Below are positions 22,595-31,859 of a DNA stretch of 64,000 bases, piece by piece (position 1 is the stretch's first letter; each line of letters starts with the position of its first letter). The DNA comes from an uncultured Methanosarcinaceae archaeon (GTDB taxonomy: Archaea > Halobacteriota > Methanosarcinia > Methanosarcinales > Methanosarcinaceae), in the NCBI GenBank assembly GCA_963733675.1, contig CAVTET010000001.1:64001-128000 (forward strand). The letters are read 5' to 3'. The position numbers and the translations under genes were made by a program. The notes below the pieces were generated by a model, which ran no database searches, was not told the DNA's origin, and was given only the letters and a program-made list of their open reading frames with translations.

Positions 22595-23896
22595 TCACTT
22601 CTTCTTTCGGATCTTTGCAAAAAGCTGTCTTAATGTATCCTCGTTACTTCTTGTGAACTCAAATGGAGAACTTGTAAAAGGTTCAAAGTGTACTGCTACG
22701 TCATCTTGCCTGTAAAAAGTCCCGTCGCATTCCATGGCATCAATGACTCCAGGAAGCACGATGTCTGAAATAACTGTTGTCAGGCAAGGTGCAATGTCTA
22801 GGCAGACGATGGGTATTTTGGCAAGGTAGGTAGCGCAGTCCGCAGGGAGATTGCTAATCAGATCAGAACACACTACAAGAGCTGCATCCACATCTCTTTC
22901 CCGAAGCATATCTACAGTCGTAAATTCTCCGGGATTGAAGCGTGGATATCCCCGCGTGAAATCGAGCCCGAAAGGATAGCCATACATGTAGGAAGCCACC
23001 TGGTTAAAACCTGCCACGTTGCAGTGGCTATGGAGAACTCCAAGAGTAAATTTAGTAAATTTATTAATTTCTTTTACTAAATTCATGACAATTTCCGCGT
23101 TCCTATGCTTTCCGATTGATGATGAAAGTCCTAAACCTACCGAAATGAAACCGAAGTTGCAATTTTTCATAATATCGAGCATCTGTTCCACTATTGAAAT
23201 AGGAACACCTGTGACCTCTTCAACTGAGGGGTGGGGTTTTTTTCCATGCAGAAGCGTAAGAAGTGCGCTGATAAGTTCATAATCGGAATTAGGCTTTAGC
23301 TGCACGTGCAAATCTGAAGCTTCAGTAGTTGGAGTTTTTCTGGGGTCCAGTGTGATGATCATTCTGTCGAAACGACCACGTTTAGTCCAATATCCACGAG
23401 GGAAAACGTCATACCTTGACATCTGCCTCGGAATGGACTCAAGAGGGTTGGTTCCCCAATAGACTATTAGGTCACATCTGTTTTTTTTCTGCCCTTCTGT
23501 TGCAGCGACTTTCCCTGCTTCCTGGATTCCCATAACTGTTGGCCCATGGTAGAGAGATGTATTTGAGTCTACAACTGCACCAAGGTATTCTCCAATATGG
23601 AACCCCACTTTGTGAGCCTCACAAGAGGTCTCGCTGCCCAAGAAGAGCAAGGGCCGTTTTGCAGAAGTAAGGATATCTGTGGCTTTTTCAAGAGCTTCAT
23701 CCCAAGCTACAGATCTCAATTTTCCCCCTTTCTTTATAAGAGGTTGCCTGAGTCGCTTGGAACTTACAACCTTCTTAAATTTGGCATTTCCAATCTTACA
23801 TGCATTTTTAGTTTCAATTGTCCCATCCCCAAGTTCTATTTGGATGTCATCGCAGGCAGCCCCACAAGCCGGACAGACTATATTTTTAAATGCCAT
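22595..23896 (-). CDS. fmdB: Formylmethanofuran dehydrogenase subunit B, non-canonical active site (Cys->Tyr, Arg->His)
   Basis: CPACGAACDD..NACKIG Fe-S motif, YWGTNP, YMYGYPFGLDF and FNPGEFT; SLYHGP instead of xxCHGP; LHSHCNV instead of LRGHxNV. Confidence 0.93.
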   Translation of the reverse strand: MAFKNIVCPACGAACDDIQIELGDGTIETKNACKIGNAKFKKVVSSKRLRQPLIKKGGKLRSVAWDEALEKATDILTSAKRPLLFLGSETSCEAHKVGFHIGEYLGAVVDSNTSLYHGPTVMGIQEAGKVAATEGQKKNRCDLIVYWGTNPLESIPRQMSRYDVFPRGYWTKRGRFDRMIITLDPRKTPTTEASDLHVQLKPNSDYELISALLTLLHGKKPHPSVEEVTGVPISIVEQMLDIMKNCNFGFISVGLGLSSSIGKHRNAEIVMNLVKEINKFTKFTLGVLHSHCNVAGFNQVASYMYGYPFGLDFTRGYPRFNPGEFTTVDMLRERDVDAALVVCSDLISNLPADCATYLAKIPIVCLDIAPCLTTVISDIVLPGVIDAMECDGTFYRQDDVAVHFEPFTSSPFEFTRSNEDTLRQLFAKIRKKK

Positions 23897-24287
23897 ATTC
23901 ATTCCCTCCTACATAAACTTTCAGGACTACATCTTCGGCGCTCAGTACCCTTTCTTCAGTGGGCTCAATTTCCACTGGAGCACCTTTGTAGAGAGGGGAT
24001 CCAGTAGAAAGGGTGTCAGGGTCCACAACTACATTGGACCAGATCGCTTTTGGCATGAATACATTCCCTGGTCTGACTGAATTCATGCATTTTGCATAAA
24101 CTACAACCGAATGTTTACCGTTTTTACTTGTTATCTCAACTTTCTCAGGAGAGCAGAGAGCCACAAAATCAACTGGGGAAATCCAGCAGGTTGCACACTC
24201 CTTAGCATACTCAGCCTTGAATTTATCCCAACCCTTTACAAGTCTGCCTTCTTCAATCGTACTTCCAGTAATGAGTAATACTTCCAT
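23886..24287 (-). CDS. fmdD: Formylmethanofuran dehydrogenase subunit D
   Basis: MEVLLITGSTI..VFMPKAIWSNVVVDPDTLSTGSPLYKG; operon position. Confidence 0.92.
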   Translation of the reverse strand: MEVLLITGSTIEEGRLVKGWDKFKAEYAKECATCWISPVDFVALCSPEKVEITSKNGKHSVVVYAKCMNSVRPGNVFMPKAIWSNVVVDPDTLSTGSPLYKGAPVEIEPTEERVLSAEDVVLKVYVGGNEYGI

Positions 24288-24297
24288 ACATCTGACC

Positions 24298-25107
24298 TCA
24301 AAGCTCGGGGTTTGTATCCACAGCCACATAAAGCACTCCTTTTGCTCGCGTGCTAATCGCATAATCCCCTATGAATTTTTTGAATTTACCTTTTAACTCA
24401 ACACCACCAAGAGTGAGCCCTTCTTCAATGCCTACATATTCGAAACCCGGTGAAAAGCGTTCGATTTTACCCCCGATAACTATGGTTCCGGCTGTCATTT
24501 CGGCACCTACCCCTCTAAGAGCTCTGCCTTTTACAATGATGAGTCCGCCGTTCTGGTGAATTCCACAGAAGCCTTCAACATTGCCTTCCACAATGATTTC
24601 ACCTCCATCCATTCCACCTCCGACCTGATGTCTGGCCGAGCCTTCGATTACAATCCGCCCACCTTTCATACCGTGCCATTTGCCTCTGTAAGCACAGCCA
24701 ACATGATCTCCAGCATTACCTTTAATGTGAAGTAGTCCACCTGTCATTTCCATGGCTGGCCAGGAATCCATATCTCCGGCAACGAAGATTTTGCCACCTT
24801 TCATTCCAGTTCCTAAATGTATGCCTACAGAACCCTCAATTTCAATTTTTCCTGCACTCATATATCCTCCAATTCTTTTGACCCTGGTTACATCACCTTT
24901 TATGCGGATTAGGGTCTCAGCTTCAGAAATATCTCCATTTCCTTGTACTTCAAAAAATTCGCAGAGAGGATATGTCCTTGGCCCCTGCCAGATGGACATA
25001 TTTCCGATTTCTTCCGCACTTTTACCAGCAAAAGAGTCCGGAGTTATAATATCTGCCTCCAGTTTAATATCGACATTCCTTTTCGGAATAAGTATTACTT
25101 CTTTCAT
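24298..25107 (-). CDS. fmdC: Formylmethanofuran dehydrogenase subunit C
   Basis: GxxMxGGxIxxxG beta-helix repeats; GCAYRGKWHGMKGG. Confidence 0.95.
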   Translation of the reverse strand: MKEVILIPKRNVDIKLEADIITPDSFAGKSAEEIGNMSIWQGPRTYPLCEFFEVQGNGDISEAETLIRIKGDVTRVKRIGGYMSAGKIEIEGSVGIHLGTGMKGGKIFVAGDMDSWPAMEMTGGLLHIKGNAGDHVGCAYRGKWHGMKGGRIVIEGSARHQVGGGMDGGEIIVEGNVEGFCGIHQNGGLIIVKGRALRGVGAEMTAGTIVIGGKIERFSPGFEYVGIEEGLTLGGVELKGKFKKFIGDYAISTRAKGVLYVAVDTNPEL

Positions 25108-25111
25108 CACT

Positions 25112-26866
25112 TCACCTCTCACCATTAACCTTTATTGGAGTCGGGTTTGTGAGATACTTTTTGGGAGTTGGGTAGTTGGCAAAGCCAAGGGTATAGTACC
25201 TGAACCATTTCTTCACATCGGCCAGCATCTCCTTTTCCGTTTCGTCCTCTACATGCACTTCGGAATAGTAAGTCTGCTTTTCAGGAATAGAGACGATCTC
25301 TCCTTTAGCAACAACAATTTCGCCTCCCTTTATGGTATATTCTGCCTTCCTGAAGGTTCTGAGGAGAGCTTCGTAATTGTTTGGATCAAGTTGCTGCGGA
25401 TTTATATTGTAAATTGTAATATCTCCGTCAGCACCCACTCCAAGAGAGCCTTTTCTGTGCGCCATGCCAATTGTCCGGGCAGGGTTGGCTCTAGTTAGGA
25501 TCGCAAGATCATAGAGGGAAAGTTCCCGTTTTACTCCTCCTATCTCACTTCTATCATTGGCCCATTTGTGGCATTCACTTATGGTTTGCTTCCTGTAAGC
25601 TTCAGACATGAGCCAGGTAATGACTTCCGGATATTTAGTAAACGGGCCACCATTGGGGCTATCCGTTGTCATAATGGTCTTCCAGGGGTCGTTGATTAGC
25701 AGGAGACATTCAAGTCCCATCGCCCACTGCACGCTGTGCACTGGATTGGACTTGAGGTAGGTAAAGGGCAGGACACCTGAGCCGCCCTCCATCTCAACGT
25801 CTTTATTTGACCACTTGTTTCCTGTAAGTTTGTAAATATCGTAAATGGCAGGCCCGTCTCCCGTCATGGCTGTAGCTTCACCGAAAGGCACGCATCCACT
25901 GTCTATTACGACATGATCCTTGTTGTTGATATATCCTGCAAGTTCTTTAACACCTGATTCAAAATCTGCCCAGGTGGTGCCTCCAAAACTATTAAACATA
26001 AGATGGGCAAGGTATACTGAACGATTCCTTGTTGGATCCATTTTGATTTCAGCCCATTCCACGTCCATGTTCTGCTTGGGCTTTATGCCATCAAGAATTT
26101 TGAGAGATTCTTTTGTAATAGTATAGCAACCCGGATGTCCTAAATTGTTTGCGTGCAAGTGAAGAGGCATCGGCATGCCCAAACGTTCGTTAATCTCGGA
26201 AAGTCCTTTTATGATCTCTCTTGGGGTAATTTCAAAATGGATGTTGGCTTCATCAAGAGACCTTACGTTTTTTCCCCAACCCCAGTTTTCGACTCCTGCG
26301 GGATTGACGCATTTGACTCCATAAGTCTTATGAGTGTTCATCATCCAAGACACGTAAGCAGCAGCCTTTTCGATATCACCTTCTCGGAGGTAGCGCATCA
26401 TAAAGAAATTGTTCCCGAGTTCCAGATACCCTCCCATATCAACAATTGGAGTTGCACGCATTTCTTCATGTGTATGGCGAGCTTCTAGAGGGGGAATTGC
26501 AGCTTCAAAGATAGTTGTATAACCCATTGCTGCGTAATCATAACCCTGTTTGTAAACTGAGGGGACGGTATAACCTGAACCTGAGTGAAGGAGTGAAGTT
26601 TTCTGGATAGTTGCTTTATAGTGGTCTTCCGGGCGCATCATCCTACCGACGTTAACCTTTGAGCCTGCAACGTGAGAATGTGAGTCGACCCCCCCGGGCA
26701 TGACAGTCATTCCGAAAGCATTAATAACCGTTCCTGTTTTCAGTTCGGCAGTAGGAAGTTCTGTCACAACTTTTCCATCCTGGACGAAGATATCCATTAT
26801 TTCGCCCTTTATTTCGTTGAGTGGGTCAAAGACATATCCATTTTTGATCACAACTGTTCCGGTCAT
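25112..26866 (-). CDS. fmdA: Formylmethanofuran dehydrogenase subunit A (binuclear amidohydrolase)
   Basis: DSHSH, GVKCVNPAG, HLHANNLG and TTDSPNGGPF all present. Confidence 0.97.
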   Translation of the reverse strand: MTGTVVIKNGYVFDPLNEIKGEIMDIFVQDGKVVTELPTAELKTGTVINAFGMTVMPGGVDSHSHVAGSKVNVGRMMRPEDHYKATIQKTSLLHSGSGYTVPSVYKQGYDYAAMGYTTIFEAAIPPLEARHTHEEMRATPIVDMGGYLELGNNFFMMRYLREGDIEKAAAYVSWMMNTHKTYGVKCVNPAGVENWGWGKNVRSLDEANIHFEITPREIIKGLSEINERLGMPMPLHLHANNLGHPGCYTITKESLKILDGIKPKQNMDVEWAEIKMDPTRNRSVYLAHLMFNSFGGTTWADFESGVKELAGYINNKDHVVIDSGCVPFGEATAMTGDGPAIYDIYKLTGNKWSNKDVEMEGGSGVLPFTYLKSNPVHSVQWAMGLECLLLINDPWKTIMTTDSPNGGPFTKYPEVITWLMSEAYRKQTISECHKWANDRSEIGGVKRELSLYDLAILTRANPARTIGMAHRKGSLGVGADGDITIYNINPQQLDPNNYEALLRTFRKAEYTIKGGEIVVAKGEIVSIPEKQTYYSEVHVEDETEKEMLADVKKWFRYYTLGFANYPTPKKYLTNPTPIKVNGER

Positions 26867-27904
26867 TTAGTTCACCTCTCTTTTCACAAACCAGATCGCA
26901 TCAACAGGACAAATAAGGACGCATATTCCATCTTCCCCGCAGAGGTCTTGGTTTACAACAAAAATTTTTCCATTTTTGACCTCCAGAAGAGCTTTTTCGT
27001 CCATGTTATTTAAGTGTCCTGCTGCAAGCTCACGGTTATTGAGAGCATTTACCGGACAGACAATAACGCAGTTCCCACAGCCTAGGCATGCATCTTCATC
27101 CGTTTTTATGCATACACGATGCGTAGATTCTGGAACAGGAGCTTCGAGTATCTTTTTCTCTAGGATACTCTTTTTCTCCAAACTCGGCATAATTGAAGTT
27201 TTTCGAACAGTAATAGCGTTCACAGGACAAGCAACTGCACAGGCTCCACAATAAATACATGCATCTGGACGGTGAGTTATCTTTTCGACTCTTTCTCCAG
27301 AGTTGGCCTTTTTGTTAAAAAGAGCATTTGCCGGACAGACTTCTACACAGGTATGGCAGGTTTGACAGACATCCTCATCCAAGATCCATCGTCCTTTAAA
27401 GGGCTTTTCCACGAAAATTGCATTCATCGGGCACACTGCAGCACACCAGCTACAGTGAACGCAGCACGCCGAATTAATGAGAGTCTTTCCAACCAGCTTC
27501 AGGCTTCCATCCTTTGAAATATCCCGGACTACCTCAATACAGTTTCTTGGGCAGATATCCTCACAAAGCCCGCAGTGAACACAGTTTTCATTCACTGTCG
27601 TCGGTTTCATGGCTTTGAAAATATAAGACATGTCATTAAGGATTTTTCCTTCTTGCCTCAACTCAAGAGCACCTGTGGGACAAACTCTTGCACAAATTCC
27701 ACAAATAAGGCAATCTTCCCCCTTTCTTTCCAGAAAATTCGCATCCAACAACTTTCTTACTACAGCCCCTACAGCACCTATTGAAAGGCCACTTTTGGGG
27801 CATGCTTGTACGCAAGTCCCACAGCCGATGCATTTTTCAGGTATATAGATTAGCTGTCGGTTTTTTTTTCCGGAGAAGACCGAAAATCGTTCCCATTCTT
27901 TCAT
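26867..27904 (-). CDS. fmdF: Formylmethanofuran dehydrogenase subunit F polyferredoxin
   Basis: Eight CxxCxxCxxxCP-type motifs (the last reads CGEDGICVLICP). Confidence 0.93.
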   Translation of the reverse strand: MKEWERFSVFSGKKNRQLIYIPEKCIGCGTCVQACPKSGLSIGAVGAVVRKLLDANFLERKGEDCLICGICARVCPTGALELRQEGKILNDMSYIFKAMKPTTVNENCVHCGLCEDICPRNCIEVVRDISKDGSLKLVGKTLINSACCVHCSWCAAVCPMNAIFVEKPFKGRWILDEDVCQTCHTCVEVCPANALFNKKANSGERVEKITHRPDACIYCGACAVACPVNAITVRKTSIMPSLEKKSILEKKILEAPVPESTHRVCIKTDEDACLGCGNCVIVCPVNALNNRELAAGHLNNMDEKALLEVKNGKIFVVNQDLCGEDGICVLICPVDAIWFVKREVN

Positions 27905-27922
27905 TTTGCTTACCTCTCAAAG

Positions 27923-28090
27923 TTATTCTGTGCATGCGCTGCAAAGTAGCTAATTTCCAATGTTCGAATACCTGGCTTGGAGTTCTTGATAGTTCGTCTT
28001 CTTCTCTGAGTCTAGGTTTCTCCGAATACCTCTTATGCTGTAGACTCCTTCAAGAGCCTTTTTGCTTATTATGACCGTTATTTTCCTCAT
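27923..28090 (-). pseudogene. fmdE: Internally deleted fmdE relic
   Basis: Translates MRKITVIISKKALEGVYSIRGIRRNLDSEKKTNYQELQARYSNIGN*LLCSACTE; resembles a recalled Methanosarcina FmdE mid-segment joined to its terminal LLCxxCxE; fmdE position. Confidence 0.65.
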
Positions 28091-28489
28091 GTTACTGATG
28101 ATCACATCAATTGTTTTCGATTGTAGCTACAGCAAGGAACTAAAATGATGCGTGAGTGCCGCATTGAGTCTCATATATCAGATATATACGTTCACCTCCT
28201 CGAATATCGACCATCTGACTTGTAATATTAATATATAGATGCCGGTTAATGCTCCAAAGTTAAGAAAACCATGAAAGAAAATTACCTATTAGATTTGTGA
28301 AAGCACCTAAGGCTCTTTTCCCTGTTCCATCAGGTATTTATCGGAATTTTATTTTTTTATACAATGTGGATAACCATGGGTTTTATTCTTAAATTTTCTT
28401 AAACATGAAGTAGAAAGATACGAGGAGGCAACATAGAAACATATTGCAAGAAATCTTGTTTTATGAATGTAAGATGCAACATATCCATG

Positions 28490-28730
28490 TGAAAGTAAGA
28501 TAAGATTATTACGCTCAAAATTATAGATGATGCTGGTATCATTTGAACCATCCTCAACAACTATACATCGCTTTGGCCGAACTCTGATGTGTCGGACCAA
28601 TTCATCCAATGCATCTTTAGAGCCACTTTGTGTGACGGAGCCTATAACTTTGCCTTTAAGGTCTCAGTTTTCAACAAGCAGTTCATTGGTAACAACGAAG
28701 TCATTATCAGAAGCCTTATAGGCTTCAGTG
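28490..28730 (-). pseudogene. serB: Phosphoserine phosphatase (SerB, HAD) C-terminal remnant
   Basis: DFVVTNELLVEN*DLKGKVIGSVTQSGSK..CIVVEDGSND resembles SerB NELxVxxG.LTG..GDGAND; internal stop, no N-terminus. Confidence 0.6.
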
Positions 28731-28879
28731 GCATAAATTATATAAATATTAAGCAAAAAGGTATATATAATGTATAAATTTATACAATCTGTCAGATATA
28801 TAAGTGCATTGATAAATTGTTTATAAATTATTTAGTAATTTCTTATAGAAGAAAATGGTCAACGCAGGATTTTGGAAAA

Positions 28880-29710
28880 ATGGTTAAGATTGGGATTATA
28901 AAAATGGGCAACCTGGGGATGAGTCAGGTTATTACTCTGATCCAGGATGAAATGGCAGCTAGAGAGGGAATCACAGTAAGGGTATTTGGAACAGGCGCTA
29001 AGATGGGCTTAGCCGAAGCTTTGGATACTGAAAATTTCAAGCAGTGGCAAGCAGACTTTGTGATAATTATCAGCCCTAACGCAACAGCTCCAGGACCCAC
29101 TGCAGTCCTTGAAGCATGGAAGAACGTGCCATGCATTGTGATCTCAGATGGGCCAAAAAAGAAAGAAGCTAGAGATGCTTTGGAGCAACAAGGCTTTGGA
29201 TATATTATCCTCCCCGTAGATCCGCTCATCGGAGCAAAAAGAGAGTTTCTTGATCCAGTGGAAATGGTAGTCTTCAACGCTGATGTGATGAAAGTTCTAT
29301 CTATTTGTGGTGTTGTAAGACTTCTTCAAGAAGAACTCGACAAAATTACAGCGCAGCTTGCTTCCAAAAAGTCCGAAAAGAAACTAGAGCTCCCACATAT
29401 TTTTGCAAAACCAGAAAAATGCATTCAACATGCAGGTTTCTCAAATCCCTATGCGAAAGCAAAGGCTCTTGCCGCCCTTCACATAGTTGAAAAAGTAGCA
29501 CAGGTTAATTACCCTGTCTGTTTCACGCTAAAGAATCTTGACCAAATATGTCTTACAGCTGCAGCAGGACATGAAATAATGGGAGCTGCTGCGCATCTCG
29601 CAACTCAGGCAAGGGAAATTGAAAAATCCAATGATACTGTCTTCAGACAATCCCATGCAAAGAGCGGCATCCTGCTGACGAAAACTAAATTATATGAAAA
29701 ACCAAAATGA
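28880..29710 (+). CDS. mtd: F420-dependent methylene-H4MPT dehydrogenase, copy 1
   Basis: KMGNLG..QDEMAAREGI..GTGAKM, DPLIGAKREFLDPVEM and NPYAKAKA. Confidence 0.95.
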   Translation: MVKIGIIKMGNLGMSQVITLIQDEMAAREGITVRVFGTGAKMGLAEALDTENFKQWQADFVIIISPNATAPGPTAVLEAWKNVPCIVISDGPKKKEARDALEQQGFGYIILPVDPLIGAKREFLDPVEMVVFNADVMKVLSICGVVRLLQEELDKITAQLASKKSEKKLELPHIFAKPEKCIQHAGFSNPYAKAKALAALHIVEKVAQVNYPVCFTLKNLDQICLTAAAGHEIMGAAAHLATQAREIEKSNDTVFRQSHAKSGILLTKTKLYEKPK

Positions 29711-30406
29711 AAATTGAAAATTATTTTAAAGTTTTGAAATCGAAAACCTTATCAGAAAATCATGAAAAAATGTTACTGGGTGAGAATAGGAGACTTGTTA
29801 TTATTTTCAGGGGTTTTGATTGATAGAAGTCAATTGCTAGTGGAATTAAAGATCAATTTTGGAGATCCTCGAAGATGTTAAAAATCTCGAGATTTAAGCA
29901 ACAATTTAATTAAATAACATATTTGATTAAATAGTTTCTCCAGTAAGACATGAGAAATTAAAAAATTTGAAGCTGGGAATCGAAGAAGAAACTTGAACAA
30001 AAAATATGAAATAGTGAATCTATCTAAAGTATCCCACAAAAGTTTCAAATTTGATTATTTTAACTGATATTCTTGAGATGTACCTATATGTATAATTCTT
30101 TGCCTATTTGCTATGATCATTCTCGAACTCATTTCATGTAGATGAACACATGAATTTTCTCTATTTTCTTAATACGAAAGTAGCTTAAAAATTAATTTAG
30201 CTTTCAAGAATAATAGTAGGTATATAGGCAAACAAATTATATCTCTGTATATATTTGCGAAATTTAGGATTATTCATTGAAGAACATTCTCCTGAATTTT
30301 TGATTTATTGCAGTCAATTACCAGTATAATTGATGATAAATTTTTGCGATCTCAGAATATATTCAAAAATCTCTAAATTAACAATGATTGAAAAAGAGGG
30401 ATTTTT

Positions 30407-31300
30407 ATAGAAATCAATGGAGTAGAAATCGAAAATACATATGCAGAAGCTTTTCAGATCAAGATTGCACGAGTGCTCATCACAGCCGTTACAAAACGCT
30501 GGGCTCTTGTGGCAGCTACTGAAGCTACAGGCTTCGCAACGTCTGTTATAATGTGTCCTGCAGAAGCAGGAATCGAAAAACTAGCAGATCCAAGTGAAAC
30601 CCCTGATAAGAGGCCTGGAGTCTACATCCAAATCTGTAATTTCAAATATGAAGCTCTGGAAAAACAATTACTTGAAAGGATCGGGCAATGTATACTTACA
30701 GCTCCTACAACTTCAGTTTTCAATGGGCTTTATGAAGCTGAAAAGCAATTTAACATCGGCTCCAAACTCAAATTTTTTGGGGATGGTATGGAGTCAGAAT
30801 CCCAGATTGCTGGTCGCAAAGTATATAAAATTCCTCTAATGGGAGGAGATTTCCTGAATGAAGTAAATATCGGAGCTGTAACTGGAATTGCAGGAGGCAA
30901 CTTCTTTATTTTTGGAGACTCGCAGATGAGCGCCCTTACAGCAGCCGAAGTTGCTGTGGATGCAATTGCAGAGCTCGAAGGCACAATTACCCCTTTCCCT
31001 GGTGGCATTGTAGCTAGCGGATCCAAATCCGGAGCAAACAAGTACAAATTCCTGAAGGCTACAACTAACGAAAAATTTTGCCCCTCCATAAAACACAAGA
31101 TTGAGGACACTGAAATTCCAGCAGATGTCAATTCTGTTTATGAAATAGTTATCAATGGGCTTGATGAAGTAAGTGTTAAAGCTGCCATGAGAGCAGGAAT
31201 TAAATGTGCTGTAACTGTTCCAGGCATCAAGAAAATCACCGCAGGAAACTACGGTGGAAAGCTCGGGAAATACCAGTTCAAACTGCACGACCTATTCTGA
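30407..31300 (+). CDS. ftr: Formylmethanofuran:H4MPT formyltransferase; the expected start codon reads ATA
   Basis: ATA GAA ATC AAT GGA GTA GAA ATC = (M)EINGVEI, the Ftr N-terminus, in frame with 30473..31300; GFATSVIMCPAEAG, LTAPTT and AGNYGGKLG. Confidence 0.9.
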   Translation: MEINGVEIENTYAEAFQIKIARVLITAVTKRWALVAATEATGFATSVIMCPAEAGIEKLADPSETPDKRPGVYIQICNFKYEALEKQLLERIGQCILTAPTTSVFNGLYEAEKQFNIGSKLKFFGDGMESESQIAGRKVYKIPLMGGDFLNEVNIGAVTGIAGGNFFIFGDSQMSALTAAEVAVDAIAELEGTITPFPGGIVASGSKSGANKYKFLKATTNEKFCPSIKHKIEDTEIPADVNSVYEIVINGLDEVSVKAAMRAGIKCAVTVPGIKKITAGNYGGKLGKYQFKLHDLF

Positions 31301-31859
31301 TCTCTATATTTTTTTCGGTTTCAGTTTTCACAATTTCCTTTTTTACTGATTAAGGACGAAGTAGTCAAGAACAAAATGTAATATGGCGATGAGAAAAAAA
31401 TACAAAACAAGAAATATTGACTTCATGGTTTGATTTTTTTGAGATTATATGTAGAGAAAATATTGTCGTGCTAATTGGCTATTTTTGGGTCATCAAATTT
31501 CAAGAGATCTGAAACCAGCAGAATGAATTTCTTCTGATCAATGCCAGTAACTCATATCATTACATAAGCTGCGAGGAAAGCTCCTGTAATCATTCCGAGA
31601 TTTGCAAACTGACAACAAGGAAAGTAAGCATGAACCAATTTTTAACATATCTTTGAAGGTTTTAATTCTTCCAGGGCTTTTATATCAGCTATGGAGGATT
31701 TTGCGGTTTTGCCTCCTACAGCCAGCAAACTAGCCTTCAGTAATCAATGGCTTCGGAGTGATTAGAAAGGCGATCAAAAAAGCATTCAGAGGTAAATAAG
31801 GGTGGTCTTCGTAGAGTAGATTCCAGTCTGCACTCTGGACTCTGTTGAGAATGAATCTA

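Noticed and set aside
22595-27904. Calling the operon tungsten-type fwd or selenocysteine-containing
   Set aside because: The E-F-A-C-D-B order fits the Methanosarcina fmd operon, and the ligand codon is TAC, not TGA
27950-27952. In-frame TAG in the fmdE relic as a pyrrolysine codon
   Set aside because: The gene lacks its N-terminus and a large internal part, so a nonsense change in a pseudogene is the simpler reading
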